From Myxococcota bacterium (GTDB lineage Bacteria; Myxococcota_A; UBA9042; PHBI01; JAWLBL01): a stretch of 64,000 nt of DNA. Below the pieces are notes generated by a model that was not told the origin of the DNA, searched no databases, and saw only the letters and a list, made by a program, of their open reading frames with translations. The stretch covers positions 419,461-483,460 of the forward strand of contig JAWLBL010000001.1 in the NCBI GenBank assembly GCA_041687695.1, written 5' to 3'. Below, piece by piece: positions 20,383 through 29,797 of this stretch (positions within the stretch are counted from its first letter, which is position 1; every line of letters starts with the position of its first letter). The position numbers and the translations under genes are program-made.

Positions 20383-21780
20383 TCAGCAGGGGCAGTCGAA
20401 GTCCGGGGGCGTGCGATCCTCGACGACCCGGTAGACGCCGTCGACCCGGCTCATCAGCACCGACCCGCTCATCAGCTCGACGTCCCCGTCGCCGTCGACG
20501 TCCGCGGCCGCGACGGGCTCGAACAGCGCGCCGGGCGCCTTGACGTCCGTCTGCAGGACCAGCTTCACGGCGCCGCGCTCGCGCCGCACCTCCCAGACCG
20601 CCCAGAACTCGCCGTAGAAGTCGCCGCAGCCGTGGCCCGCCCGCGCCGAGACCGCGACCAGGCTGGCCTCGTCCTTGGCCCCGAAGGCGACGACCCGCGG
20701 CGCCGCCCCGTCGAAGGCGTCCCAGGCCCCGGTGTGCCCGTTGCCCTTGAAGTCCTTCTGGATCGCCTTGTAGCCGGGCAGCTTGCGGAAGGCGGCCAGC
20801 GCCTGACGCTGCACGGCCGCGTCCGGCGTCATCCGGGACGGCGGCGTGGCCCGCCCCTCGGCCCTCGCCCAGACGCCCTTGCACCCGTCCAGCGCCCCCA
20901 CGACGACGGTGGCCCCGTTGCCGAAGCCCTGCCGCGCGATCTCGGCCGGGCTCGCCGGCGGCTCCCCCTCGAAGTCGCCCTGCCCCAGCCACTGGTTCGA
21001 CTGCCCGAAGTGCGGCTCGAAGCGCGACAGCAGCCACAGCCCCGTGACCCGCGCTCGGCACGGCCCGCCCACCCCGTCGAAGACCGTCACCTCGCGCCCC
21101 TGCCAGCCCACCAGCGCCTCGGTGAGCTTGCTGGTGTCGACCCTGGCCCGCGCCGCGAACGCATGCGCGCTGCCCAGCAGCTCGGGCTCACCGACCGCCC
21201 AGTCGGCCTCGCCGTCGGCCAGGATGACGTACGAGCCGCCCCCCGCCTCGGCGACGAACGCGAACCGGTCGCGCGGCACCTGAGCCGCCGCCGTGGCAGC
21301 GCCCACCACCCGCGAGGCCAGCATCTCCTCGCGGGCGATCTTCAGCGCGCCGCCCTCGCGGACCAACACCAGCTGCTTGGGCCCGACGTCCTTGTAGCCG
21401 CCCGAGGCCCAGGTCTGCGTGAACCTCAGGACGGCGGTCGTCGCCAGCCCCTCCGTCTGCAGGCCGCTGGCCTCGACCGTCATGGCGCGCCGGAACATGT
21501 CGCCCCGGTCCTTCATCCAGCCGGCGCGGTCGAAGGCGGCCGTGGTCGCGCCCGAGCGCCGGACCCCGAAGAAGCGCGCGGCGTAGTGGGCCTGATAGGC
21601 CGCGAAGTCGCCGCGGTTCTGCGTGGCGAGCCAGCTCGCGAGGAACGTCCGGACCTCGGCCTCGTCGATGCGCGGCGGGGGCGGCTGCGCCGAGGCCACC
21701 TGGGGCACCGTGGCGACGACGGCGAGCGCGGCGAGCGCGGCGGTCAACAGCGAGAGGCGACGGGAGCGGGGGGCGAGCAT
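20383..21780 (-). CDS. Secreted protein with an N-terminal NTF2/SnoaL-like domain
   Basis: Signal peptide; VRTFLASWLATQNRGDFAAYQAHYA...YKDVGPKQLVL...IAREEM; ends in DCPC. Confidence 0.75.
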   Translation of the reverse strand: MLAPRSRRLSLLTAALAALAVVATVPQVASAQPPPPRIDEAEVRTFLASWLATQNRGDFAAYQAHYAARFFGVRRSGATTAAFDRAGWMKDRGDMFRRAMTVEASGLQTEGLATTAVLRFTQTWASGGYKDVGPKQLVLVREGGALKIAREEMLASRVVGAATAAAQVPRDRFAFVAEAGGGSYVILADGEADWAVGEPELLGSAHAFAARARVDTSKLTEALVGWQGREVTVFDGVGGPCRARVTGLWLLSRFEPHFGQSNQWLGQGDFEGEPPASPAEIARQGFGNGATVVVGALDGCKGVWARAEGRATPPSRMTPDAAVQRQALAAFRKLPGYKAIQKDFKGNGHTGAWDAFDGAAPRVVAFGAKDEASLVAVSARAGHGCGDFYGEFWAVWEVRRERGAVKLVLQTDVKAPGALFEPVAAADVDGDGDVELMSGSVLMSRVDGVYRVVEDRTPPDFDCPC

Positions 21781-21916
21781 CGGGGACCTCGCGGGTGGGG
21801 CGGCGCCGCCAGGGAGGGGACGGCGCGCGGGTGAGTTTCGCGACAAGCTACCGCGACTCGGGCAAGGTCCGGAAGGGCGGCGGCCGCGGACGGTGCGGGC
21901 GCCCGGGAGGCCGACG

Positions 21917-22273
21917 ATGAGCGAGACGAGCCGCGACGCGGGCGGGACGGTCCTCTACGAGGTGACCTTGGACGTCGAGGCCGAGGTGGCCGGCGCCTTC
22001 GCAGAGTGGCTCGCCGGGCACATCGACGAGATGCTCGATCTGCCAGGCTTTCGCTCGGCGGCGTGGTGGCGCGAGGCCTCGCCCGACGCGCCGCCCGCGA
22101 CCGATCCTGGCGCGACCCGCTGGGTGGTCCAGTACCGGCTGGCCGATCGCGCTGCGCTCGACGTCTACCTGCGCGATCACGCCCCTCGCATGCGCCAGGG
22201 CGGGATCGACCGCTTCGACGGCCGGTTCACGGCCACGCGGCGGGTCCTCGAGCTGGTCGACGGCAAGCCCTGA
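21917..22273 (+). CDS. DUF4286-like small protein
   Basis: VLYEVTL...WL..HI.EML.LPGF.SA...VQY...L..YL..HAPRMR..G..RF. Confidence 0.8.
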   Translation: MSETSRDAGGTVLYEVTLDVEAEVAGAFAEWLAGHIDEMLDLPGFRSAAWWREASPDAPPATDPGATRWVVQYRLADRAALDVYLRDHAPRMRQGGIDRFDGRFTATRRVLELVDGKP

Positions 22274-22532
22274 GCGTCCGCGTGGCCCCTGACATCGAGC
22301 GGGATGTCGGATCACGTCGATCGCGATCTGTCAAGACCCCGGCCTCGGCGACGACCCGCGCGTCGCGACCGCACCGCGCGCGCGTCGCCGCCCGGGACCG
22401 AGCGCCCGCCCGGCCGCAGGGGCGGCGCCGATGTGCCCGCGACCATTCACCTTCCGGAATGCGATGACGCGTCGCCGGGGTTGGCCCGTTCCGCGCGCGA
22501 CCAAGGCGCCGAGGCCAGGCCCGAAGTCCGTA

Positions 22533-22561
22533 TTGACAGCCGGATCGACCTGACCTACCAC
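22533..22561 (+). promoter_or_regulatory. Candidate sigma70 promoter
   Basis: TTGACA-N17-TACCAC, about 50 bp upstream of ATG 22611. Confidence 0.45.
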
Positions 22562-22610
22562 CGGCACAGCGGCGACCGACACTTTCCGCCGCACACCCTC
22601 GGAGAAACTC

Positions 22611-23255
22611 ATGAAGCTCATCACCCGTTGCGTCAAGTCCGCCTTCCTGGTGGCCGCCCTGACCGGGCTCCTCGGAGCCTCGGCCTGCCAGAAGAAGGAG
22701 GAGCCCAAGAAGGAAGAGGCCGCCGCGGCGACCGACAAGAAGGAAGGCGAGGCCGCCAAGGCCGAGGACGGCGCCGAGAAGAAGGCCGACGAGGCCGCCG
22801 GCGCGAACGCCTGCGAGAAGGTCCTCGAGAAGATGTGCGAGGCCGCCCCGACCATGTGCGACGAGCTCAAGAAGAAGGCCGCCGAGGCGCCCAAGCCGAC
22901 CGAGGCCGAGCTGGCGGGCTGCGAGGAGCTGCTCAAGAACGAGGCCAAGCTCAACGAGATGACCGGGGCCATCAAGGCCGCGGCCGAGCTCAAGAAGGGC
23001 GCCGAGGCCGCCGCCGCCGCCGCCGCCGAGGGCGAGGCCAAGCCCGAGGGCGAGGCTCCCGCCGCCGCCGAGGGTGAGGCCAAGCCCGAGGGCGAGGCTC
23101 CCGCCGCCGCCGAGGGTGAGGCCAAGCCCGAGGGCGAGGCTCCCGCCGCCGCCGAGGGTGAGGCCAAGCCCGCCGAGGGTGAGGCCAAGCCCGAGGGCGA
23201 GGCTCCGGCCGCCGCCGAGGGCGAGGGCAAGGCCGAGGAGAAGGCCGCCGAGTAG
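22611..23255 (+). CDS. Ala/Glu/Lys-rich lipoprotein
   Basis: Lipobox ASAC, four further Cys in a helical core, AEGEAKPEGEAPAA repeats. Confidence 0.85.
   Translation: MKLITRCVKSAFLVAALTGLLGASACQKKEEPKKEEAAAATDKKEGEAAKAEDGAEKKADEAAGANACEKVLEKMCEAAPTMCDELKKKAAEAPKPTEAELAGCEELLKNEAKLNEMTGAIKAAAELKKGAEAAAAAAAEGEAKPEGEAPAAAEGEAKPEGEAPAAAEGEAKPEGEAPAAAEGEAKPAEGEAKPEGEAPAAAEGEGKAEEKAAE
23025..23225 (+). repeat. 42-bp coding tandem repeat (about 4.5 copies)
   Basis: GCCGAGGGYGAGGCCAAGCCCGAGGGCGAGGCTCCCGCCGCC starting at 23025, 23067, 23109, a half copy at 23151, then 23172. Confidence 0.9.
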
Positions 23256-23371
23256 TCGGCGCCTGCCCTCGAGGCCGCCGGTCGTCGAGGGCGCCATCGG
23301 TTGATTCGTCACGCGAGGGCGGGCTACGGTCCGCCCTCGCGCGTTTCGAAAGCATCGCAGGGGAAAGCCGC

Positions 23372-24571
23372 ATGTCCGCCCGCCTCGCCGAGCTCGCTTC
23401 GACCTCGATGTCCCTGGCCCGCTTCGCCCTGGCGCTCTGCGCGATGGCCGCCGCCGCGGCGTGCGGCGACGCGCCGGTCGAGACCGCGTCCTCGACCTGC
23501 AGCTGCGAGGGCCGCGCCTGCGGCGACGACGGCTGCGGCGCCTCCTGCGGCGCGTGCGGCGACGGGACGACCTGCTTCGGCGGCCAGTGCATCGACGCGG
23601 CCGAGTGCGACGTCGTCGGGTTCGCGCCCACGGCCGAGTCGGTGTTCACGCGCCGCGCCGGAGGGCAGCAGCGCCTGCACTACGTCGCGACGACCAAGAC
23701 CGTCTCGCCGCCCTTCGACATGGTGGTCATCGACCTCGACCACGCCGGCTTCTTCCCCGGGGGCGTCCCGGCGGCCGGCACCTACGACCTCGCCGGCCTC
23801 GACGGCCCGACCTGCAGCCTATGCGTGCGCGGCTTCGGCTTCTGCAACGATCAGGACTGCTTCAACAAGTTCGTCGCCAAGGAGGGGCGCCTGACCCTGT
23901 CCGAGACGGGCGAGCCGGGCACCCCCTTCGTCGGCCGCCTCGACGCCGTGAAGTTCCAGCAGATCCGCATCACCGACAGCGGCCAGGTCACGCCACACCC
24001 CTCCGGCAAGACCTGGTGCCTCGACCAGCTGGCCTTCTCGCAGGACGTCCCGCCCCTGCCCGACAGCAGCAGCACCTGCGTCGCGCCCGGGACCGGCACC
24101 AAGGTCGGCGACAACATCGGCGACTTCGCCCTGACCAACTGCCTGGGCGAAGAGGTCGCCCTGCACGCCCGCTGCGGCGCCGCCAAGGCCCTGTGGGTGG
24201 TCGCCGTGGCCGGCTGGTGCGGCGCCTGCGAGAGCTTCGTGCCCTACGTCGCGCAGCAGTACGCCGAGCGCTCGGACGACGGCCTCGAGATCATGATCGT
24301 CCTCGGCGAGGACAACCACGGCGGCAAGCCCTCGCTCGATTACTGCAAGGCCTACGCGAGCCACCACGGCGTCGACCCGCGGCTGGTCTTCGTCGACCAC
24401 GGCACCAGCGGCTGGCAGCAGACCTTCTCGAAGATCGAGACCTACTCGGGCGGCACCCTGGGCCTGCCGTGGAATGCGCTCCTCGACGCGACCAGCATGG
24501 AGTATGTCTGGAGCACCAACGCCGGCACCGGCGACCTCGCCGCCGAGCTCGACGCCCTGCTCCAGCCCTGA
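23372..24571 (+). CDS. Cys-rich lipoprotein with C-terminal TlpA/redoxin-like domain
   Basis: Lipobox AAAC; CEGRACGDDGCGASCGAC module; VGDNIGDFAL...AGWCGAC. An alternative start is at 23408. Confidence 0.8.
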   Translation: MSARLAELASTSMSLARFALALCAMAAAAACGDAPVETASSTCSCEGRACGDDGCGASCGACGDGTTCFGGQCIDAAECDVVGFAPTAESVFTRRAGGQQRLHYVATTKTVSPPFDMVVIDLDHAGFFPGGVPAAGTYDLAGLDGPTCSLCVRGFGFCNDQDCFNKFVAKEGRLTLSETGEPGTPFVGRLDAVKFQQIRITDSGQVTPHPSGKTWCLDQLAFSQDVPPLPDSSSTCVAPGTGTKVGDNIGDFALTNCLGEEVALHARCGAAKALWVVAVAGWCGACESFVPYVAQQYAERSDDGLEIMIVLGEDNHGGKPSLDYCKAYASHHGVDPRLVFVDHGTSGWQQTFSKIETYSGGTLGLPWNALLDATSMEYVWSTNAGTGDLAAELDALLQP

Positions 24572-24577
24572 CCCCGC

Positions 24578-25432
24578 GTGACGATGCTCGGTCCCGACGC
24601 CTTCCAGCTCCTCTGCCTCGCCGTCCTCGCCACCGCCTGGGCCTTCCTGCTGCGCCAGGGGGACGACGCCCGCGCCCTCGCTCGTGACGGCCTGCTCCTG
24701 GGCGCTGGCGCCTGGCTCGGCGAGCAAACATGCATCGCCTGGTACGCCTTCTACGGCTACGCCGACTTCTGGTGGGTCCGCCTCGGCCACATCCCGCTGC
24801 TCGTCGCCCTCATCTGGCCCATGGTCATCCTCTCGGCGCGCCAGGTCGTCGGCGCCCTCGCCCCCAACGCGCGCGGCCTCGCCTCCGCCGCCCTGGTCGG
24901 CCTCGTCGTCATCTTCGACGCCTCGCTCGTAGAGGTCGTCGCCGTCCGCGCCGGCCTGTGGGCCTGGGCCGAGGGCGGCTACCTGGACGTCCCCCTCATC
25001 GGCATCCTGGGCTGGGGCTTTTACGGCGCCGCCGCCTCGTGGTGGCTCGACCGCGCCCGCGGCCCCTGGCGCCTGGCCCTGCCCCTGGTCGCCCTCCCCC
25101 TCACCCACGGCCTCATCCAGCTCGCCTGGTGGGCCCTGTTCCGCTGGACCCTGCGCGACCCGGCCACCCTCGGCCCCACCCTCTTCTGGGCCGCCTTCGC
25201 CGCCCTCGCCCTCGCCTTCGCCCTGCGCGCCCGCGCCCGCGGCCTCGGCCTGCCCCTCGACACCGCCCTGCCCCGCGTCCTCGCCTCGGCCGTCTTCCTC
25301 TACCTGCTCGTCACCTTCGACGCATCGGACGACACCTGGCTCCGCTGGCGCCACACCGCCCTGGTCGCCGTCCCCTACCTGGTCGCGACCCGCTGGTCCC
25401 GCGCCCCCGCCCCCGCGCTGGCGGCCCGCTGA
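24578..25432 (+). CDS. CruF/DUF422-like (carotenoid biosynthesis family) membrane protein
   Basis: Multiple TM helices; IPLLVALIW...D..VEVVAVRAGLWAW..GGYLDVPL..ILGW pattern. Confidence 0.65.
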   Translation: MTMLGPDAFQLLCLAVLATAWAFLLRQGDDARALARDGLLLGAGAWLGEQTCIAWYAFYGYADFWWVRLGHIPLLVALIWPMVILSARQVVGALAPNARGLASAALVGLVVIFDASLVEVVAVRAGLWAWAEGGYLDVPLIGILGWGFYGAAASWWLDRARGPWRLALPLVALPLTHGLIQLAWWALFRWTLRDPATLGPTLFWAAFAALALAFALRARARGLGLPLDTALPRVLASAVFLYLLVTFDASDDTWLRWRHTALVAVPYLVATRWSRAPAPALAAR

Positions 25433-25439
25433 CGCGCCC

Positions 25440-27518
25440 TCACGGGCAGCCCGGCAGCGCGCACGGCGGGTCCTCGCACAGGTCGGCCACCCGCATCATC
25501 CACAGCGTCGGCGGCGTCGCGGCCGTCCGCCCGAACAGGGCCAGCCCCCCGTCCAGCGCCACCACCGCCGTAGCCGCCCGCGGCAGCGCCATCCCGGTCC
25601 ACTCGTGGCCACCCGCCGACACGCCCGCCGGCGACAAACGCTGGAAGGCGACGGCGACGTTGCCCGGCCCCGAACGCGCCACCAGCACGTCCCCCTCGGC
25701 CGTGAGCGCCGCGTCGACCGGGTCGCCGCTGGCCTGCGACCACGCCACCTGACCGTCCGCCCCGACCGCCGCCAGCGCCCACTGCGCGCCCACGATCCAG
25801 CCCCCGTTCGGCCCCGGCCTCGCGAAGGTCGGCGTCCCCGTGGCGTCCCCCAGGACCGCGGCCTCGGGCCACGCCAGCGCGCCGTCGGCGGTCAGGGCCC
25901 TCACCTCCAGCTTCGCGCCGCCTGGCTTCGGCACCCAGGCTGCCACCACCGCGCCCGCCGGGCCGCCGCCGAAGACCACGGCCGTGGGGTCCAGGTTGTC
26001 CATCGTGGTCTCCCAGACCGGGTCTCCGGCGGCCGTCACCCGCCGCACCGTCACGTCCTGCTTGGTCGCGGTGCCGATGAGCAGGTCGCCCTCGGGCCCC
26101 GCCGCCAGCCCCAGCACCGTGTAGTGCGGCAGCGACAGCACCACCGGCGCCCCCGCCTGCCCGTCCGCCCCGAACGTGACCAGCCACGCCGTGTCCAGGA
26201 CCGAGCTGGTGCGGACCAGGGTCACGATCTCCCCGTCCGCCCCGAGCACCATCCCCGACAGCCAGGCCGACTCGCCGCCGGGCGGGCTCCAGGTCACGTC
26301 CCAGACCACCTCGCCCGCCGGCGTCCAGCGCACCAATCGGACCTGCCCCTGCGACGGCAGCTCGCCGATCTGCGCCCCGCCCAACAGCAGGTCGCCGCCG
26401 CTCAGCGCCAGCCCGAACGCCGGCACGTACTTAGACGTCGTGCCCACGACGCGCTCCCAGCTCGACACGCCCTGCCCGACGCACTGCCCCTGCTGGCACA
26501 ACCCGCCGACCTCGCACTCCGATGGCGCGCAGCTGGCCACCTGCGCCGTGTGCACGCACCCGACCGCCGCGTCGCAGGCGTCCTTGGTGCACGGGTCACC
26601 GTCGTCGCAGTCCAACGCCACGCCCTCGCACACGCCCGCGGCGACGCACACCGTCTCGACCGTGCACGGGTCGCCGTCGTCGCACGCGCCCCCCTGCGTC
26701 CATCCCGGCCCGGTGCACGGCGCCAGCGCCTGGCACACGCCGTCCACGCAGCGTGCCGTGTCTGCCACTGGGCAGGCCTCGACGCCCCACGGTTCCTCGC
26801 AATACCACGACGGCTCCACGGCCCCGCACCACGCGCCGACCAGCGCCTTGATCTGTCCCTCGAAGGCCACCAGCTGCGCGTCGGCTATAGCGTGGCTACA
26901 CAGGTCCCCGCATGCACCGCCGAGGGCGGTGACGACCACGCACTCCGCGTCCTGCTCGCACGCCGCGAGCTGGCTCGCCGCTTCGGCGATGGCGTGCCGG
27001 GCGCCGACGACCAGGTCCTGGCAGCCCTTGCACCCCTCGGGCGTCGTGAACTGCCCGAAGTCGCAGCCCTCAGAGCACGCGGCCAACAAGCAGTGGTCCG
27101 TGTGGAAGCACGACCAGGTCCCCCCGTTGCAGTCGCAGACGAGGCTGTCGTCGCAGCTGCCGCAGCAGCACTCCGTTCCGTACGTGCACTCTCCCCAGAC
27201 CGCGCAAGCGCCGTCGAAGGGCGGCTCCTCGGGCGGACACGTGGTCGGTACGTCCGGGACGACGTCACCCTCACCGACATCTCCCCCGACGTCGGCATCG
27301 CCGATGTCACCCGCGGCGTCGCCGTCGCCCACGACGACACCGTCCGAGTCGGCAACGTCCGCCAGCGCGTCCTCCATCGCGTCCTGGTCCTTGGACGCAT
27401 CGACTTCGCCGGCGCCGTCCCCGGCGTCCTCGGCCCCCGCAGGCTCGCCGCAGGCCACCATCGCCCAGGCGGTCAGCGCGGCAGCCAGGGCCCAGCGAGA
27501 GGTAGTGATCTTCTTCAT
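25440..27518 (-). CDS. Cys-rich lipoprotein with C-terminal beta-propeller-like region
   Basis: MKKITT...MVAC lipobox, D/V-rich linker, CDDGDPCT repeats, GxxxW propeller motifs. Confidence 0.8.
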   Translation of the reverse strand: MKKITTSRWALAAALTAWAMVACGEPAGAEDAGDGAGEVDASKDQDAMEDALADVADSDGVVVGDGDAAGDIGDADVGGDVGEGDVVPDVPTTCPPEEPPFDGACAVWGECTYGTECCCGSCDDSLVCDCNGGTWSCFHTDHCLLAACSEGCDFGQFTTPEGCKGCQDLVVGARHAIAEAASQLAACEQDAECVVVTALGGACGDLCSHAIADAQLVAFEGQIKALVGAWCGAVEPSWYCEEPWGVEACPVADTARCVDGVCQALAPCTGPGWTQGGACDDGDPCTVETVCVAAGVCEGVALDCDDGDPCTKDACDAAVGCVHTAQVASCAPSECEVGGLCQQGQCVGQGVSSWERVVGTTSKYVPAFGLALSGGDLLLGGAQIGELPSQGQVRLVRWTPAGEVVWDVTWSPPGGESAWLSGMVLGADGEIVTLVRTSSVLDTAWLVTFGADGQAGAPVVLSLPHYTVLGLAAGPEGDLLIGTATKQDVTVRRVTAAGDPVWETTMDNLDPTAVVFGGGPAGAVVAAWVPKPGGAKLEVRALTADGALAWPEAAVLGDATGTPTFARPGPNGGWIVGAQWALAAVGADGQVAWSQASGDPVDAALTAEGDVLVARSGPGNVAVAFQRLSPAGVSAGGHEWTGMALPRAATAVVALDGGLALFGRTAATPPTLWMMRVADLCEDPPCALPGCP

Positions 27519-27619
27519 GACGCGCGCTCCCGGTCTCGACAGGTCCGGTCGAGCATGGCACGCCCCCCGTGCCCGACGCCACCGCATCCGCACCGGCGCC
27601 GCCCGCGCGCCCTGCAACC

Positions 27620-29182
27620 TCACCCGGATTCGCTGGCGTCGCTGCTCCTTGGCAGGCGCACCGTGAACACCGTGCCCGCCTCCACCGCCGAACGCACGGT
27701 CACCGAGCCCCCGTGCGCCTCCACGATGTGCTTGACGATGAACAGGCCCAGCCCGACGCTGCGGTCGCCCGCTCCCGCGCTCCCGGCCGCCCGCTGCATC
27801 GGCTGGAACAGGCGCTCGCGCGCGTCCTCCGCGATGGGCGCCCCCTCGTTGCGCACCTCGAGCACCACGTCGACGCCCTCGCCCCGCGCCCAGACCGCCA
27901 CCGGAGTGGCCGGCGCGCTGTACTTCAACGCGTTCGCCACCAGGTTCGTCACGACCTGGGCCAGGCGGTCGGCGTCCCAGCACCCCTGCGTGTCGCCTTC
28001 GCTCGACACGACGATGTCACGCTCGGGGAAGTTGGCCCGCACCTCCTCGACCACCTGATGGGTCAGCGCGTGCAGGTCGACGCGCCGCGGCTCCACCGGC
28101 AGCCCCCCGCCGAGGCGCGCCCGGGTCCAGTCCAGGAGGTCCCCGACCAGGCGCGAGGCCCGCTCGGCCGAGCTCAGCACCCGCCGCAGCGCGCCCACGA
28201 CCCGCTCGTCCAGCGGGCCACGACGCAGCAGGCTCGACGTCTGCAGCAAGATGGCGCTCAAGGGGTTGCGCAGGTCGTGGCTCACGATGCCGATGAGCTG
28301 CTGCTCGAACTCCGAGCGCTCACGCGCCTCGGCCGCCAGGCGCTCGGCGCGCTCTCGGGCCGCCTGCTCCCGCGCGAGCAACGCCTCGCGCTCGGCTTCG
28401 TGGCGCTTTTGGGCGCGCAGGTCGCGCGTGACGGTGCCGTATCCGAGCATGCGGTGGGTGTTCGGCTCGCGGATGGCGAAGAAGCTGTGGAACACCGGGA
28501 TGCGCTCGCCCGTGACGAAGTGGTTGAACAGCGTCTCGCCCTCCCAATGCCCCTCGCGCTCGAGCGCCGGGTAGATGACCCGCGCGGCGAACTCGCGCAC
28601 CTCGGGCGCGTAGTAGTTGGGCGTCACCGTCGCCTCGGGCGCCCCCTCGAGGCCGACCAGCCGGCGTCCGGCCGGGTTGACGTAGACCGGCCGCCCCTCG
28701 ACGTCGGCGACGCCGATGAAGTCCCGCGAGTCCTCGACCAGCGCCCCGAGGCGCCGCAGCTCGGCGTGCACGTCGCTACGGTCGGTCACGTCGCGGCCCA
28801 CGAAGTACGACGACCCGTCCTGCGGGCCGGAGGTCACGCGCCAGGCGATCCAGCGGGTCGTCCCGTCGCGGTGCCGGATCCGGTGCTCGAGGTCGACCGT
28901 CGCCTGACCCGCCGCCAGCGCCGCCAGCGCGTCCTGGGACGCAGACACGTCGTCGGGGTGGACGAGATCGATGAACGGCTGCGCGACCAGCTCGGCCTCG
29001 CTCGCGCCGAGCGCCGCGCACAAAGCCGGGTTGACGCGACTCCAGCGCCCCTCGGCGGCGGACCCGACCGCGAGCAGCTCGGCCGACAGATCGAAGAAAC
29101 GCGCGAGGTCTGGCTGCGACGCCGTAGGCTGGGGTTGCGCCCCGCCGCGCGCGCCGTTCGTCCCTCGGGTCCGCTTCCCCAT
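27620..29182 (-). CDS. Cytoplasmic PAS-PAS sensor histidine kinase
   Basis: Two PAS domains; SHDLRNPL (H box), NLVANALKY (N box), GLGLFIV (G2). Confidence 0.93.
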   Translation of the reverse strand: MGKRTRGTNGARGGAQPQPTASQPDLARFFDLSAELLAVGSAAEGRWSRVNPALCAALGASEAELVAQPFIDLVHPDDVSASQDALAALAAGQATVDLEHRIRHRDGTTRWIAWRVTSGPQDGSSYFVGRDVTDRSDVHAELRRLGALVEDSRDFIGVADVEGRPVYVNPAGRRLVGLEGAPEATVTPNYYAPEVREFAARVIYPALEREGHWEGETLFNHFVTGERIPVFHSFFAIREPNTHRMLGYGTVTRDLRAQKRHEAEREALLAREQAARERAERLAAEARERSEFEQQLIGIVSHDLRNPLSAILLQTSSLLRRGPLDERVVGALRRVLSSAERASRLVGDLLDWTRARLGGGLPVEPRRVDLHALTHQVVEEVRANFPERDIVVSSEGDTQGCWDADRLAQVVTNLVANALKYSAPATPVAVWARGEGVDVVLEVRNEGAPIAEDARERLFQPMQRAAGSAGAGDRSVGLGLFIVKHIVEAHGGSVTVRSAVEAGTVFTVRLPRSSDASESG

Positions 29183-29250
29183 CGCCACGCCTCCCGGTCG
29201 ATGGCTCTAGCAGACGCTCGCGGGCCGGTCACCGATGCAGGCTCGATGGC

Positions 29251-29664
29251 CTACGCCACGTGCTCCGGGTCCATCCACAGGACCTCCCAGTGGTGCCCGT
29301 CGGGGTCGTAGAAGCTCCAGGCGTACATGAAGCCGTGGTCCTGCGCGTCCTTGGCGTGCCGGCCGCCGTTGGCGACGGCCTTGGCGACCAGGGCGTCGAC
29401 CTCGGCGCGGCTCGCGCAGGACAGCGCGACGAGCACCTCGGTGTGGGTCGCCGTGTCGCAGATGGCGTTGTCGGTGAAGCCCTGAAAGAAGGGCCGCTGC
29501 AGCAGCATGACGAAGCCGTCGTCGCTGAGGATCATGCAGGCCGCGTTGTCGTCGGTGAATTGCGGGTTGAACTCGAAACCCAAGGCCGTGAAAAAGGCCA
29601 TGGTGCGCTTCAGGTCGGCGACGGGCAGGTTGATGAAGACCTTGCGGGGGTTCTGAACGGCCAT
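29251..29664 (-). CDS. VOC/glyoxalase family protein
   Basis: VFINLPVADL...FNPQFTD...DHGFMY..SFYDPDGHHWEVLWMD; GGAGG RBS. Confidence 0.92.
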   Translation of the reverse strand: MAVQNPRKVFINLPVADLKRTMAFFTALGFEFNPQFTDDNAACMILSDDGFVMLLQRPFFQGFTDNAICDTATHTEVLVALSCASRAEVDALVAKAVANGGRHAKDAQDHGFMYAWSFYDPDGHHWEVLWMDPEHVA

Positions 29665-29735
29665 GTCGGGCCTCCGGCGGACGTCGTGGTTCGGCTCGCG
29701 CGAGGCCGCGACGTGCCGCCTCGCTCGCATGCCCC

Positions 29736-29766
29736 TTTGGACCGCCGCGCCAGGCGAGACTCATCG
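29736..29766 (-). promoter_or_regulatory. SigG/ECF56-type promoter for the VOC gene
   Basis: Minus strand reads CGATGA-N18-GTCCAAA, matching the recalled SigG consensus CGATGA-N18-GTCnnTA except for one base. Confidence 0.65.
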
Positions 29767-29797
29767 GCCGCGGCGAAAAAAAACGACCGCGGCTCGC

